Shown here piece by piece: positions 24,653-36,858 of a stretch of DNA of 64,000 bases. The translations under genes were made by a program, and so were the position numbers. Each line of letters begins with the position of its first letter. Position 1 is the stretch's first letter. The notes under the pieces are model-generated. The model worked only from the letters and a program-made list of their open reading frames with translations, had not been told where the DNA came from and ran no database searches. Source of the DNA: Felis catus (taxonomy: Eukaryota); NCBI RefSeq assembly GCF_018350175.1, contig NC_058368.1, positions 170,998,001-171,062,000 of the forward strand. The letters are read 5' to 3'.

Positions 24653-24807
24653 AAAGCAGCAAGTACGTGCCAATTTTGAGTAGTAAAGGGAAAACCTATT
24701 TCCCTGTATCTAGAAATAACTTTACTAAGCATATAAGAATTCATTATTGGAAAAGTAAAGCATCCTTCTCTGCTGTCAAATTGGATACTGTTCTTTCACC
24801 CCGATGA
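24653..24807 (+). CDS. Candidate terminal coding exon (xSSKYVPILSSKGKTYFPVSRNNFTKHIRIHYWKSKASFSAVKLDTVLSPR*)
   Basis: Acceptor cattcatagctttctacag; phase-1 frame open for ~51 codons to TGA at 24805-24807; AATAAA at ~25259. Confidence 0.42.
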
Positions 24808-25934
24808 AGAAGTATGGAGACATGGGATCCACCTACAGACATGAGAGTTTGGTACAAACATGTCCCCACAGAGAAAGACTTTCTTTCAACTATTAATTTA
24901 CTTTAAAGTTCCTTAATTTCTCTTTCTGAAAATGTAAGCACTTGAGACATAAAGAGTTTCTACTCCTTTCTCCAACTTCCATTTATCTAGAAGGTGTAGA
25001 AGTATTTTGCTTATTGTGACGTGGACTTCTAACCTCCAAATACCGCCCTTCCTCCTCCTGGCACACAGCTAGGCTGCACTTGCAGCTGCTGTCAGGTGTG
25101 TGTTCCAGGCAATATTAGTGGAAGTTGCATGGGCCATTTCTAGGCCTATCCATAAAAATTTCCATAAAATCCATAAAATTTCCAACAGGGCATCCTCTGT
25201 GCTCTTGCATTCTTTATCAACTTGAGGAAAATAAGCACAGTGGCCTTGAAACTTACATAATAAAGATGGTGAAGCCATACGACGGTAGAGGCCTGGCTTT
25301 CTGCACCAAGGTTTGTACAACAGCACCTTCTCAGAGCTCTGACTTTGGATTCACTTTTTATTTCTGGAACTTGACTGTTTTTCTTTTCTGAGCTCTGCTA
25401 TGATTTAAATTTTTATACTATATTTTGTTCACTATGTAATTGTGTTAGGAGAACATTACACATCAGTTGGTTCAATCTACCATGTCACTGGAACCAGAAC
25501 TATATTAGTAACATGGACATTATTGTTTCCTGAAGTAGCAAGACTGGTAATTTAGGAGGTAGTTTTGGATCTTGCAGTGCCTCTTGTCGTAGTTATAACC
25601 TATTGTGTTTCATGTGTTTATTACAAATGAACTCTGGTTGATTCTTGGATGACTTGGGTTTCTTATTCTCACAAATGCTGTGGGTTGGCCTCATCATAGG
25701 AAAGAGCTGACACTTTATGTGTCCCTACCCTGGGGGGGGGGAGGGGCATCTCCACTTCTACTTACAACGCACCAGTGATTGTCTGACCTTCCCAAGTGGG
25801 ATATAATCTCCAAAAATTGTAATGTGACCTGTTAACTTGCAAGAGAGGGAAAACTGCTCAAGAAATAGTGTAGGCACATAGGGAATAGGGCAGTCTGAAG
25901 GGTGATACAGCAAGAGGGGGGGTGTATCACAGCA

Positions 25935-26140
25935 ACTAGGAGTCAGACATCATAGATTCACCACCTACTAGCAGTGTAATCTTGGGCAAGTTACTGAACC
26001 TTCTTGAACGTTAGTATTTGTATCTGTAAATAGAGAATGATAATATTAGCTATCTCATAAGTTGTTATTTGGGTAAGTGAGATAATATGGTAAATTCTTT
26101 GGAGCAAAACAAATACTGAATATATGTTAGATATTATTAT
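25935..26140 (+). mobile_element. MIR
   Basis: ggagtcagac...ccacctactagcagtgtaatcttgggcaagttactgaacc...tctgtaaatagagaatgataata. Confidence 0.8.
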
Positions 26141-29100
26141 TTGAAATTATTCTAGAGGTAAAGAGTAGGAAAAATGGCGAATGTGTGCCAGAAGCACCTA
26201 AAAAGGCACCTTGCCAGCTCTCCTTGGAGCTCCAGCCTGTTATTATCCAATTGTCCACTGCCTTTCTTAGCTGACTCTGGACTTTCACGTCCAGACCCCA
26301 CTGTGGAATTAAGGGCTGTGAAAATCCACAAGATCATGGTGGCAGAACTGGGCCAACTCTTCTTCTCTTAGCCTCTCCACACCACTGTTTGGCATCAGTC
26401 ACGACCAGTACTTTTTTAATGACTCAAAACCTCCATGATTCCATTTCTGGTATGAGGGACAGGGCTCACAAAGAAACTATGCTTCTGTGTTTCTTAGATA
26501 CCTTCCAGAAGTCACTTTGAAAAGACCCATTCTTTTGTGTTGAAGAATAAATACCTTTTGTCCTTTAATAGAGGCTGTTTTAATTGGACTTGACCATTGG
26601 TACCATTAAGTTCATAGTAGGTGCTCAATAAATGACAGCTATTACTAGGACTAATCTCTTTAGTCACTATGTTATCTATTTAAAGTCTTATATTCATTTC
26701 CAAAAGATTTCAGACATCCTGACAATAGTAGTTTTGTGTTTTTCCCAAATTTCATGAAGTTTTAAATTTTTAATACTAATGAGATTTATGAGTAACTCTC
26801 TGGCAGAATCTACAGCTTTTAACATCGCTAGTGTTAGAAAAATGACCTAATGCAAGATATAAAACTGAAAAGAAACAAGTGATCATTTTCAGAAGAAGCT
26901 ACAAAAGTAGAACTAACAAAGGGGAAAAGAATTTCTGGTTATATAAGTGAGAGCATTTAGAGAAATGAGATATTGGGAATAGCATTTCTTATGTCTAAGT
27001 AGATGCGTTTCTCAATACTTATCCTATGGCCCTGCCTGGCCTCTCTGTCCTCCATTAGTACACTGAGTGGTCTTGGCTTGATGGAGACATGATCTCCCAT
27101 CCAAGTTTCTTTGTTCTCTTCTCTCTTGGGCAGGCCCATTACATTAGAGAATGTAGAAAAGCCAAGTCAGAAACTGATCTCTGAACTGACAAGAGGAAAC
27201 TGAACCTCCTCTTCATTTTTTCATTCCTATTAACTCAGTCACAAACACAAACATTTGCCCACATTCTTTGGAGCTCAAAGACAAGGAGCCAAGCCAGAAG
27301 GAAATGAGGCCATGGCCTTAGGAAGATATTTTTTTGTGTGTCTTTTCTCATTTCTCTTCTCGGATCTCTGAGTTTTGAGTGTGAGCTATAAAGAGAGAGA
27401 TGGATTGTATTTAATCCCAGAAGGAAGGGCAATGGATAGGAAGGGGCAGGTGAAGCATTGGTTGGTATTTTAAGGGACTTTATCAATAAAGTACGCTAGA
27501 TAAATTCTTGTAGAGATTAATTTTAGGGTTTGTGACCAGCCCCACCCCCCCCCCCATGGTGGGTAGTAAGTCAGTGAGTGAACCCCAGTTACAGTGACTT
27601 GCCCAAATTTCCACTAAAAGTGGAAGATTCCTTTCTCACTGGCAGTGCTAAAGAATTATTGTTCCTAAACATGTCACACTGACACCTTGATATCCCATAT
27701 TGACGTCATGCTATGTCTTGACATGACTTGATAGTGTAGTATTAGCCTTATATCCGTATTGCTAGTTGTGAACAACAGAAGCTTTCAAATTTATAAGATC
27801 CTAGAGATAAAGATGTTCTTCCTACTTAATAAAGCTGAACTAGGACTGACCTTTTCAGGTTGACTTCCATGCTACTCATTGCTGCTGCAATGTAGACAGA
27901 GGATAACTGGAATAAAGCCCACTGTAGCTGAATGCAAAAGGTTTTTGATCACATCTGTGGTTCCAGTGCTTTAGACAAAGATATAAAGAAGACGCTGGAA
28001 CCCCATGTGGTAGGACCAGCCCTGAACATGGTTTCAGACAAGTTCTACAAGGGCCTTCCTTATTGAAAAGGTAGTTAAGCATATTTCCACAAGAGACTTT
28101 GAAATATATTGATTCTGAAACTCCTTGGGCTTTCTTCTGCAGCATCCACCCTTGGACAATGAATGACTAATTAAGATTAATTTCTAGCTTACATAATGTC
28201 CCTCGCACAAGAATATGTTTGCACTCGAGAGTATTGACACTGGCAAATGGGGCCAGACTTTTGGCAGGTTTTTCAGATAAACGATGCCAAGCTGGCTAAC
28301 TTCCTATATTTCTCTAGTCTTTTTTGGAAAATACCTAGAACACTTTCCAAGAAATTAGTTTAGATCAGTTGCAGTTTATTCTGGATAATACTGTGTTTAT
28401 CGTTGCATAAGAATCTAAGTCAGGATCAGCTACCCTTTCAGACACAAGTCCCTTAATGCTGACAATAACACATGGGCTTTTTCGCCAAAGGCATGAAGTC
28501 GACCAGGGGTTCTAGGAGGAAATACAAATTCTATTTCTGGATGATTCAAACTGGCCATAATATCAGTACTAATTGTGAGGCTTTGAGGGGACTCGGGTGT
28601 TAATAAGAGAAACAGTACTATCCAAATAATTTGGAAAGCTCAGTATTTCTCTGTGTCCATCTCTTTCCTGACTGGTGGAAGCAAGTATTCTGGAATGCAC
28701 AGTTACTAACTAGTTATATTAAATTGTTCAGTGGGATGCAAAGTGCTCAGTGTTGATATCAAATCAAAGTTAAGCATTGATATCAAATTTCAGTAAAGCC
28801 AGGGTCAATCTAAATTTCCATAGAATGAATTTCACAGAATGAATTTCCAGTCCAACAACAATTTAATTATTATGATAATTTTGTTATTCAAGTTTCTAGT
28901 TGACAAGTTTTAAGAAGTTGACATTATGTTACAGGAATGATAATTGTTCAGTACTGTCAGCTACTAGATTGCTTCTACTGCTACTACACTGTAAATTTGC
29001 AATACCAAATAGTCACAAACTTCCCATTTAGGTTCATTGAGGAACAACATACATTTTTTTGGGCAGTCCTTCCAGTTTCAGATACTAATAGTATCTAATA

Positions 29101-29392
29101 GCGGCTAATAGTGATGCTGTCACCCAGATATTAAATGTTCTTTTCGCGCTAGTAGTAATTCACTAAGGTAAGGACTTATCTTCCCTTATCACCTACCAGA
29201 AGATCTAATTTTACTGAAACAGTGCCAAACTGAAGCTTTGTGCACTGCTTAAGAAAATGTTGTCTGAGTGTTTTTAGAAATCAACTTAAAATTGTACATA
29301 AAAATAACAGTTTTCAGAGCCATCGTTGAGTAACTGCAGAATTTTCTACCTGCTAGAATTTCGACATGTGAAGTATGTAAGTAAATTTTCAT

Positions 29393-29578
29393 TTTTTAAA
29401 TATTTATTTATTTTTAATTCATATCCAAGTTAGTAGCATATAGTGCAATAGTGATTTCAAGAGTAGATTCTGGTAATCCATCCCCTATGTATAACACCCA
29501 GTGCTCATCCCAGCAAGTGTCTTCTTTAATGCCCCTTACCCATTTAGCCCATCCCCCCACCCACAACCCCTCCAGCAA
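29393..29578 (-). mobile_element. 5'-truncated carnivore L1 3' end with TSD
   Basis: atccaagttagtagcatatagtgcaata...acacccagtgctcatccc; TSD aagtaaattttca on both sides. Confidence 0.85.
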
Positions 29579-30736
29579 AGTAAATTTTCACTTTATGTCT
29601 AGAATCCTCCCCTATATTTGAAAGTGAATATTCAGCTTTAGTAACAAACTCAAGTCGTGTGTCCTGTTTGTTTTACTGTCATTACACTGATTAGGTTTGT
29701 TTATACCCTGGTGGTTCCTATTATCATGGATCATATTGTCCAAAATGCTAAAAACCATGGAGGCCTTCCAAAGGCTAAGGTTGAAGTCCAAATCAAAGAG
29801 CAGGTTTTGGTCAAATCTTTAGGTTGACATTAAACTATATAAGGTTGGGTCGTTTCTTAATTTTTTGAAGCTTTTCATCTGAGAAGGAGGACACCACCTC
29901 TTCTTTCCACCTCTTATTAGATTGTTGTAAAGATAAGACCTAGACAGTAAAGTCCTTGATAAATGATAAAGGTCTATATATACACACAATGTGCTGTATA
30001 TACACACAATTCTTAGTTATTACAGAAATGTTAGCACATCTTCTATTGTACCAGCAAAAGGACAAAGGCAGTGTGTTTGTATAATTGGTGTTTGTAGATG
30101 TTTTATTTCTCAAAATCTTCACGCCAGGAATCCCATCATTAAGCCATACTCAGTGTGTCCCTTTATTCCCCTGACATAACCCACTTCCAGCCCTGACTAC
30201 CTCATGCTTGGTCTAGATAATTAACCTCAGTAATGCTCTCCCTGTCTCCAGGCCCCTGTTTGCCATTCTGTCCAGAATGCCAGGACCATATGCATCTTCC
30301 AACAGATTTTTATATGCCATCTTAAACTCAGGTGGTGCTCCCCATGGCTTACTAGATACAGTCTGAACCATCTGTAAAGTCCTTCACAATCTCAGTACAA
30401 CTTAGACTCTTCCTACTCTCCCCGCCCCCACCCTACCCCTCCCATTCCCTATGAGCCAGTCAAGTCAGGCCTCTTGTTTTCCCTCCCTGTGACTTGACAC
30501 ATTTCAGAGTCAGCATCTCTCTCTCTATGTGTCTTTTACATAAAATGCCCTCTTCCTCCTCTCTTGCCTGTAGAAATCTTGGCTATCATTTCAGACCCAT
30601 TTCACAGTCATCACTTACAACAGACTCTATAGGCACATATGTATACAAAACATACACATGTATAAACATATTTCTAACTATGTTTCATTCTAATTACATA
30701 AATAATACAGGCTTTTTAAAAATGAGTCAATATACT

Positions 30737-30961
30737 GGGGCGCCTGGGTGGCGCAGTCGGTTAAGCGTCCGACTTCAGCCAGGTCACGATCTCGCGGTCC
30801 GTGAGTTCGAGCCCCGCGTCAGGCTCTGGGCTGATGGCTCAGAGCCTGAAGCCTGTTTCTGATTCTGTGTCTCCCTCTCTCTCTGCCCCTCCCCCGTTCA
30901 TGCTCTGTCTCTCTCTGTCCCAAAAATAAATAAACGTTGAAAAAAAAATAAAAAAAAAAAA
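30737..30961 (+). mobile_element. Young Can-SINE (SINEC_Fc type)
   Basis: Near-consensus; TSD aaaatgagtcaatata. Confidence 0.95.
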
Positions 30962-32064
30962 TGAGTCAATATATAAAACTACAAGAAGGAAAATAGAAAT
31001 TACTTGGACTGTCAGTCTTGAGACACAACCACCATGAACATTTTGGTGACTCTTTCTTGTTCTTCTTTGTATATGAACGTATACACATTTATCTTGTTAT
31101 CTTATATGATTCAGATAAAATTTTACATGGTTTTTAAAATCATATTCAGTTTTATGTATAAATAAAAGTTTGGTATTTGTTTTGTGTTTTACATAGCTCC
31201 CTTCTCAACCTCTCCTTCTATTTCCCCTTATAAACTCACCTCAGGTAATCCATGTTAAAAACTTGTTGCATATTTTCCCGTACCTTTTTCTTGCATGCTA
31301 TTGATTTTCAGAGTAGATTCATACATGCATGATAACATTTCTCCAAGTCACTTAATACAGAGTTAACCTATTAAAAATTAATCTGTTTTCTTTGTTCACA
31401 TAGCCACAAATAAATATAATTTTATATAAATTCATGCTTGTTCTCACAGTTAAACTTTTTGGTGCCACCTTTCTTTGCCATTCTCCCTCTTTCTTCCTTT
31501 TCTTGGTGGGGGGTGGCATGCATTGTCTTCCTCTAATTTATTCTCTTTGGTTACACAAAGAGAATATGTATATTATACATACACATACCACACTTTATTT
31601 TACTATTTCCCTACTGATGACTTTCCATTTTGTTTCCACTTTTTTTGCAGAGACAGTACTACCATAAGAATGCGTGTGTGTGTGGGAGGGGGGTGAATTC
31701 TTGCTTTTAATTTGATGGGTTAGATTCTAAGTTAAAGGAAATGTGCATTTCTAATTTTAGAAATTAGATTTCTAATTTCTAAATCTAGAAATTTAGAATT
31801 CATATTTTCATTAACAATGAATGGTTGAGAGTGCTGTCTCCTCATCTTTACAAATTAATCTGAGTCTTATCTGAGATTCAGTATGATCCTCTCTTTGCCA
31901 CTTGGATTTGCACTTCCATGACTACTGTAAAGGAGGAGGAGATCTTCAAATGCAAATGATCATTTGCACTGCGCTTATGTGAATTGCCCATCCCTGTTTT
32001 TTGCTCACATTTGTATCAGGTTTATATTTTTCTAACCAAATTGTAAAAGCAACATGTATCTTAT

Positions 32065-32822
32065 TGTGGTAGGTAGCCTTCTAAAGTGATTCCCAGTAAA
32101 CTCCCATCCTGTTATTCATGCCCTGGTATAATCCCGTCCTATGAGTGTGGACTTTCTTCCAAAGATTAGTGTACAGCAGAAGTGATGTGATATCACTTCT
32201 GTGATAGGTTACAAAAGAACACTATTTCCATTTTGCTGGTATTCTCTCCGTGGCTGTTCTCATCTGTTTGCTCTGATGGAGAAAGCTACCTGGCACAGAG
32301 CTAAAGGGCAATAGCCCTTAAGAAACAGAGGCCCTGGGGCAACTGGGTGGCTCAGTCGGTTAAGCATCTGACTTCGGCTCAGGTCATGATCTCGCAGTCC
32401 GTGAGTTCGAGCCCCGCGTCAGGCTCTGTGCTGACAGCTCGGAGCCTGGAGCCTGTTTCAGATTCTGTGTCTCCCTCTCTCTCTGATCCTCCCCTGTTCA
32501 TGCTGTCTCTCCCTGTCTCAAAAATAAATAAACGTTAAAAAAAAAAAAAAAAGGAAACAGAGACCCTTTTTCCAAAGTCCTTAAGAAGTGAATCCTGCAA
32601 ACATCCATGTAAGGTTGGAAGAAGATCCTTTCCCATTCAAGCCTTCAGATGAACCTGTAGCCTGGCTAACATCTCACTTGCAGCCTATAGAAGACCCTGA
32701 AACAGAGGACCCAGTTAATTTGTGCCTGGGTTCCTAACCCACAGAAATGGAGAGTAAGAAGTATTGCTCCAAGATGCTAAGTTTTGGGGTTATTTCTTTT
32801 GCAGAACTAGATAATGAATACA
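32065..32822. mobile_element. MaLR LTR (MLT1-like) split by a SINE
   Basis: tgtggtagg...gagtgtggact...aagccttcagatga...cagcctatagaagaccctga...ctaagttttggggt...gcagaactagataatgaataca. Confidence 0.75.
32336..32552 (+). mobile_element. Can-SINE inside MLT1
   Basis: SINEC body; TSD gaaacagag(g/a)ccct. Confidence 0.93.
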
Positions 32823-32931
32823 ATTGCATATACCACATTTTCTTCTGGATTATATATTGCAAATATCTTTTTCCTGATCATTAAGTTTTTTCTTGACTTT
32901 GTTTATGATATCTTTCTCCATAGAGGATTAA

Positions 32932-33120
32932 ATTTTTTTAATTTTTTAACATTTATTCGTTCTTGAGAGACAGAGACAGAGTGCGAGCAAAGGAGGGGCA
33001 GAGAGAGAGACACACAGAATCTGAAGCAGGCTCCAGACTCCAAGCTGTCAGCACAGTGCCCAATGTGGGGCTCAAACTCACGAACCGCGAGATCATGACC
33101 CTGAGCTACCCAAACACCCC
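32932..33120 (-). mobile_element. Can-SINE with internal deletion in the tRNA head
   Basis: gagatcatgaccctgagctaccc lacks the ~25 nt normally between these motifs. Confidence 0.85.
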
Positions 33121-33239
33121 TAAAATTTTTATATACCATGTTTTCTTTGATGGCTTTTAGATTTGATGAACTATGTAAGTATCTCTCCAATACCTATGCA
33201 GTATCCAGAGTCTGTTAAACATTTTCTAATACTTTTAAT

Positions 33240-33875
33240 ATTTTATTTTTAATTTAATTAAAATTTTTAATTCCAGCATAGTTAACATACAGTGTTATAT
33301 TAGTTTCAGGCGTGTAATTTAGTGGTTCAACAATTTAATATACTACTCAGTGCTTATCATGATGACTGTACTTTTAATCCCCATCACCTATTTCACCCAT
33401 CCTCCTACCCACTTCCCCTCTTTATGTAACCATCAATTTGCTCTCTGTAGTTAAGGGTCTGTTTCTTGGTTTGTCTCTCTTTTTTTGTTCATTTGCTTTG
33501 TTTCTTAAGTTCCACATATGAGTGAAATCATATGGTATTTGTCTTTCTCTGATTATTTCACTTAGCATTATACTCTAGCTCCATCCATGTTGTTCAAATG
33601 GCAAGATTCCCTTCTTTTTTATGGCTGAGTAATATTCCAATGTGTGTGTGTGTGTGTGTGTGTCTGTCTGTCTGTCTGTCTGTGTAGCACATCTTCTTTA
33701 TTCATCTATCAGTAGACACTTTCACTTGCTTTTACATTTTGTCTATTGTAAATAATACTACAGTAAGCTTAGAGGTGTGTATATCATATTCTTTGGGTAA
33801 ATACCCAGTACGGTGGTGATTACTGGATCATATGGTAGTTCTATTTTTAATTTTTTGAGGACTCTTTATACTGTT
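33240..33875 (-). mobile_element. Carnivore L1 3' fragment containing (TG)n/(TCTG)n
   Basis: ttccacatatgagtgaaatcatatggtatttgtc..ttcacttagcat..ccatccatgttg; ggatcatatggtagttctatttttaattttttgagg. Confidence 0.88.
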
Positions 33876-34219
33876 GATATTTACTTTGGAGTTAAAATTT
33901 TAAAACATCATTTAGGGACAATATGTAAGAAGGTCAACTTCAAGGTCTTCTCTTCCTACATCTCCATTTTTTAAATTAGAAGTAACACTGATTTTGTTAT
34001 TGAATGACTACTGAATATGTTCTCCATTCATGGCAGAGTCTGAGTCTGTTAAATAGATTACACATTCTAGGACTGCAAAACATTTTTCTTCTAGAAAGAT
34101 AAAGCCAACTGAAGTAATCCTGAAAGAAAGGGGTGACTGAGAATTTGAAATGTTTTATCTGTAAGATTCCAAAATAGAACCCTTATGTTATTAGATCATA
34201 ATATTATTTCCCTATTTCA

Positions 34220-35030
34220 CAAATATTTATCATGTCCATTCTACCTGCCAGGCACTGTACTCAGTCCTGGAGTTAAAGGGGTTGAGAAGACAGGCAGATA
34301 TGTCTCCACCTTCATGGAATTTAGGTACATGCATTAAAGCAGTTATTACAAATGTGGTGAATGTTATAAGAGGGATGTATAGTGACAGCATGTGGCAAGG
34401 AACCCCAACAAAGACCCTGATGAGAAAGAGACATTTAGGCTGAGCGATAAAGGGTGAGTGAGTGAGTTACTTTTGAGGAGAGAGCAAGCATGGCACAACT
34501 GAGGAACTGAACAGGAAAGTTTGATGGGCTAGAGCCACTGGTGTAAGTGAGCAGCAAGGGCTGAGAGTGGTAAGGAGGGTGGTGAGCCCCATGTGGTAGA
34601 GAACTTTACACATAAATTAAGATGTTATCCTAGAGAAACAGAGAGCAATAGAAGGAGTTCAAGATTGAGAGTGTCATGGTGTGCCTGGGTGGCTCAGTAG
34701 GTTAAGCGTCCAACTTCAGCTTAGGTCATGACCTTACAGTTCGTGGGTTTGAGCCCTGCATTGGGCTCTGTGCTGACAGCTCAGAGCCTGGAGCCTGTTT
34801 CAGATTCTGTGTCTCCCTCTCTCTTCGCTCCTCCCCCATCCATGCTCTGTCTCTCAAGAATAAATTAAAAAGTTAAGGAAAAAAAAAGATTGAGAGTGTC
34901 ATGATAAGATCTGTATTTTAGGAAAGTTATTCATGGTTTGGAGAATGGATTGGCTCAGGAATTAATTAAATCAAGGAGACCACTTAGAAGGCTGAATAAG
35001 TCAAGTTTCAAATTTACAAATAGCTTTAGC
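34220..35030. mobile_element. L2 remnant interrupted by SINE
   Basis: ctacctgccaggcactgtact...ccaccttcatggaatttag...gaggaactgaa...tggagaatggattgg. Confidence 0.65.
34678..34887 (+). mobile_element. Can-SINE
   Basis: SINEC body; TSD aagattgagagtgtcatg. Confidence 0.93.
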
Positions 35031-36632
35031 TAAGTTTGGGTGGAAAGTGATATGATGTGACACTGGGCAGAGAGAATATGGGGTCAAAGGAGATGTTTAT
35101 TTGTTTTTTGATTTGATTTTACCACAGGAAAGGCTTGAATATGATGGAAACAGCTAATTCAGAATAAATGCCAGAAGATACATAAAAAAGGAGGCAAACC
35201 AAAATTGACAGAGGCTAATAATCTGAATTTTCAATAAGATGATATTATTTAAATATGTGGCTACAATTTATTTAATGAGGACAGGGAAAAAACTGACCTT
35301 TCATGTGAAGGAAATGGCCTACCTTATTTCCTATAAAATTCCAATTCAAAACAAGGGCTTTATTTGAGGCACTAAACATACAGCGTTTAACTTACTTAGA
35401 ACCGTCTTACATTTCAGTGTTTTTCCTCAAAACTGGACATTTGGTAATTCTAAGAATGGAAGTTAAGCATGTTAGCTTTAGGCTTTGTTCAAAGTATGTT
35501 TTCAAGTTCTTTTTCCTGGATTTCCTGTTGGCAAAAAGGTTCCCAGTTGTTCTCTAGTTCTTGGTTTCTATTGTGATTTTTTAAATCAGATAACATGTTT
35601 AGTAGCATCTATTAGGTTTCCTAAAAGGTAGCATTACTCTGTAGTTTTAGTTGGTTGTGGCTAATGTAGACATTGGGTTGCAAAGTCCCAAGAGCAAAGT
35701 GATAATCATATTTCTCAAGGTAATCCTTGAGAATCCTATACATCAAATGTAGAATAGTGTATGTGGTATGGTATATATGCTTCTCTATGCCAGTATGTAA
35801 ATATACATGTGTAAAATATATAGTGATATAGAGGACATATTAAAGTATACACATTAAAAACATAACTCTACCATATTTTAAATTATAGGATAGCCAGATA
35901 AGGAGAACAGAAGCATTAAAAAAAAAAAAAAGGAAAACAATGATACTAAATACTCACCATGCATCCTTCATATTTTTGCCTGGCTCTGGTCATAATAATG
36001 GTGACTCACCATGAGGACGGATGCTGACGATAACAATGAGTTCAGTGTCTGTGTGATGAAGAATGAGATAATAAAGATGGGTATTGGTAATATGGTAATC
36101 CCACTAACTCTAGGGATTTGTTTTCCTCCTATCTGACAACACTGTTGTAGGTCCACATGAGCAGTGAGGAGACCAGCCGACAGAATCGTTCATACTATTT
36201 AAATTCTTATTTGCTCATCTCTCATTTTTGTTCTTGCTCTCCCGTTGGTGGCTCATCTTCATTGATTTCATATAAGTCAAATACGCATTTATGCTTCTCC
36301 ACTTTATTGGGTTTGAGGATTTTCAGCTGACTCCAAAAAAATTGTCTACTGGTTAATTTCAGTGTGGTGGCAACACTACAGGGTTGTATCCTGCGATGGG
36401 ATCATAAAAACTCACTTGTAGTAGATCAGAGTTGGAGGGGAATTTGCTTGTTTGCTGTTTTGTCTGGTTTTAACTTCCATTCGGTAGGAGGGGGACCAAT
36501 TTATATTTTATGGTTATATATGAAAACCTGTATTAACTGGTACTGTAATTCTATAATGATTTATCCCAGGGATTTTCTTTTAACCTCTTAAGAATTGGCA
36601 TGCTAGGCTGCTGCTCAGGTGACTTGACTGGG

Positions 36633-36858
36633 GTTTTTTTAGTTTTTTAAAATATTTATTAATTTTTGAGAAAGAGAGAGAGCGTGAGTGGGGGGGGGGG
36701 GGGTAGAGAGCAAGGGAGACAGAGTCTGAAGCAGGCTCCAGGCTCCAGGCTCTGAGCTGTCAGCACAGGGCCCAAGTTAGGGCTGGAACCCACGAACCAT
36801 GAGATCATGACCTGAGCCGAAGTTGGATGCTCGACCAACTGAGCCACCCAGATGCCCC
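36633..36858 (-). mobile_element. Can-SINE
   Basis: SINEC body with duplicated ggctcca; TSD gtgacttgact. Confidence 0.9.
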
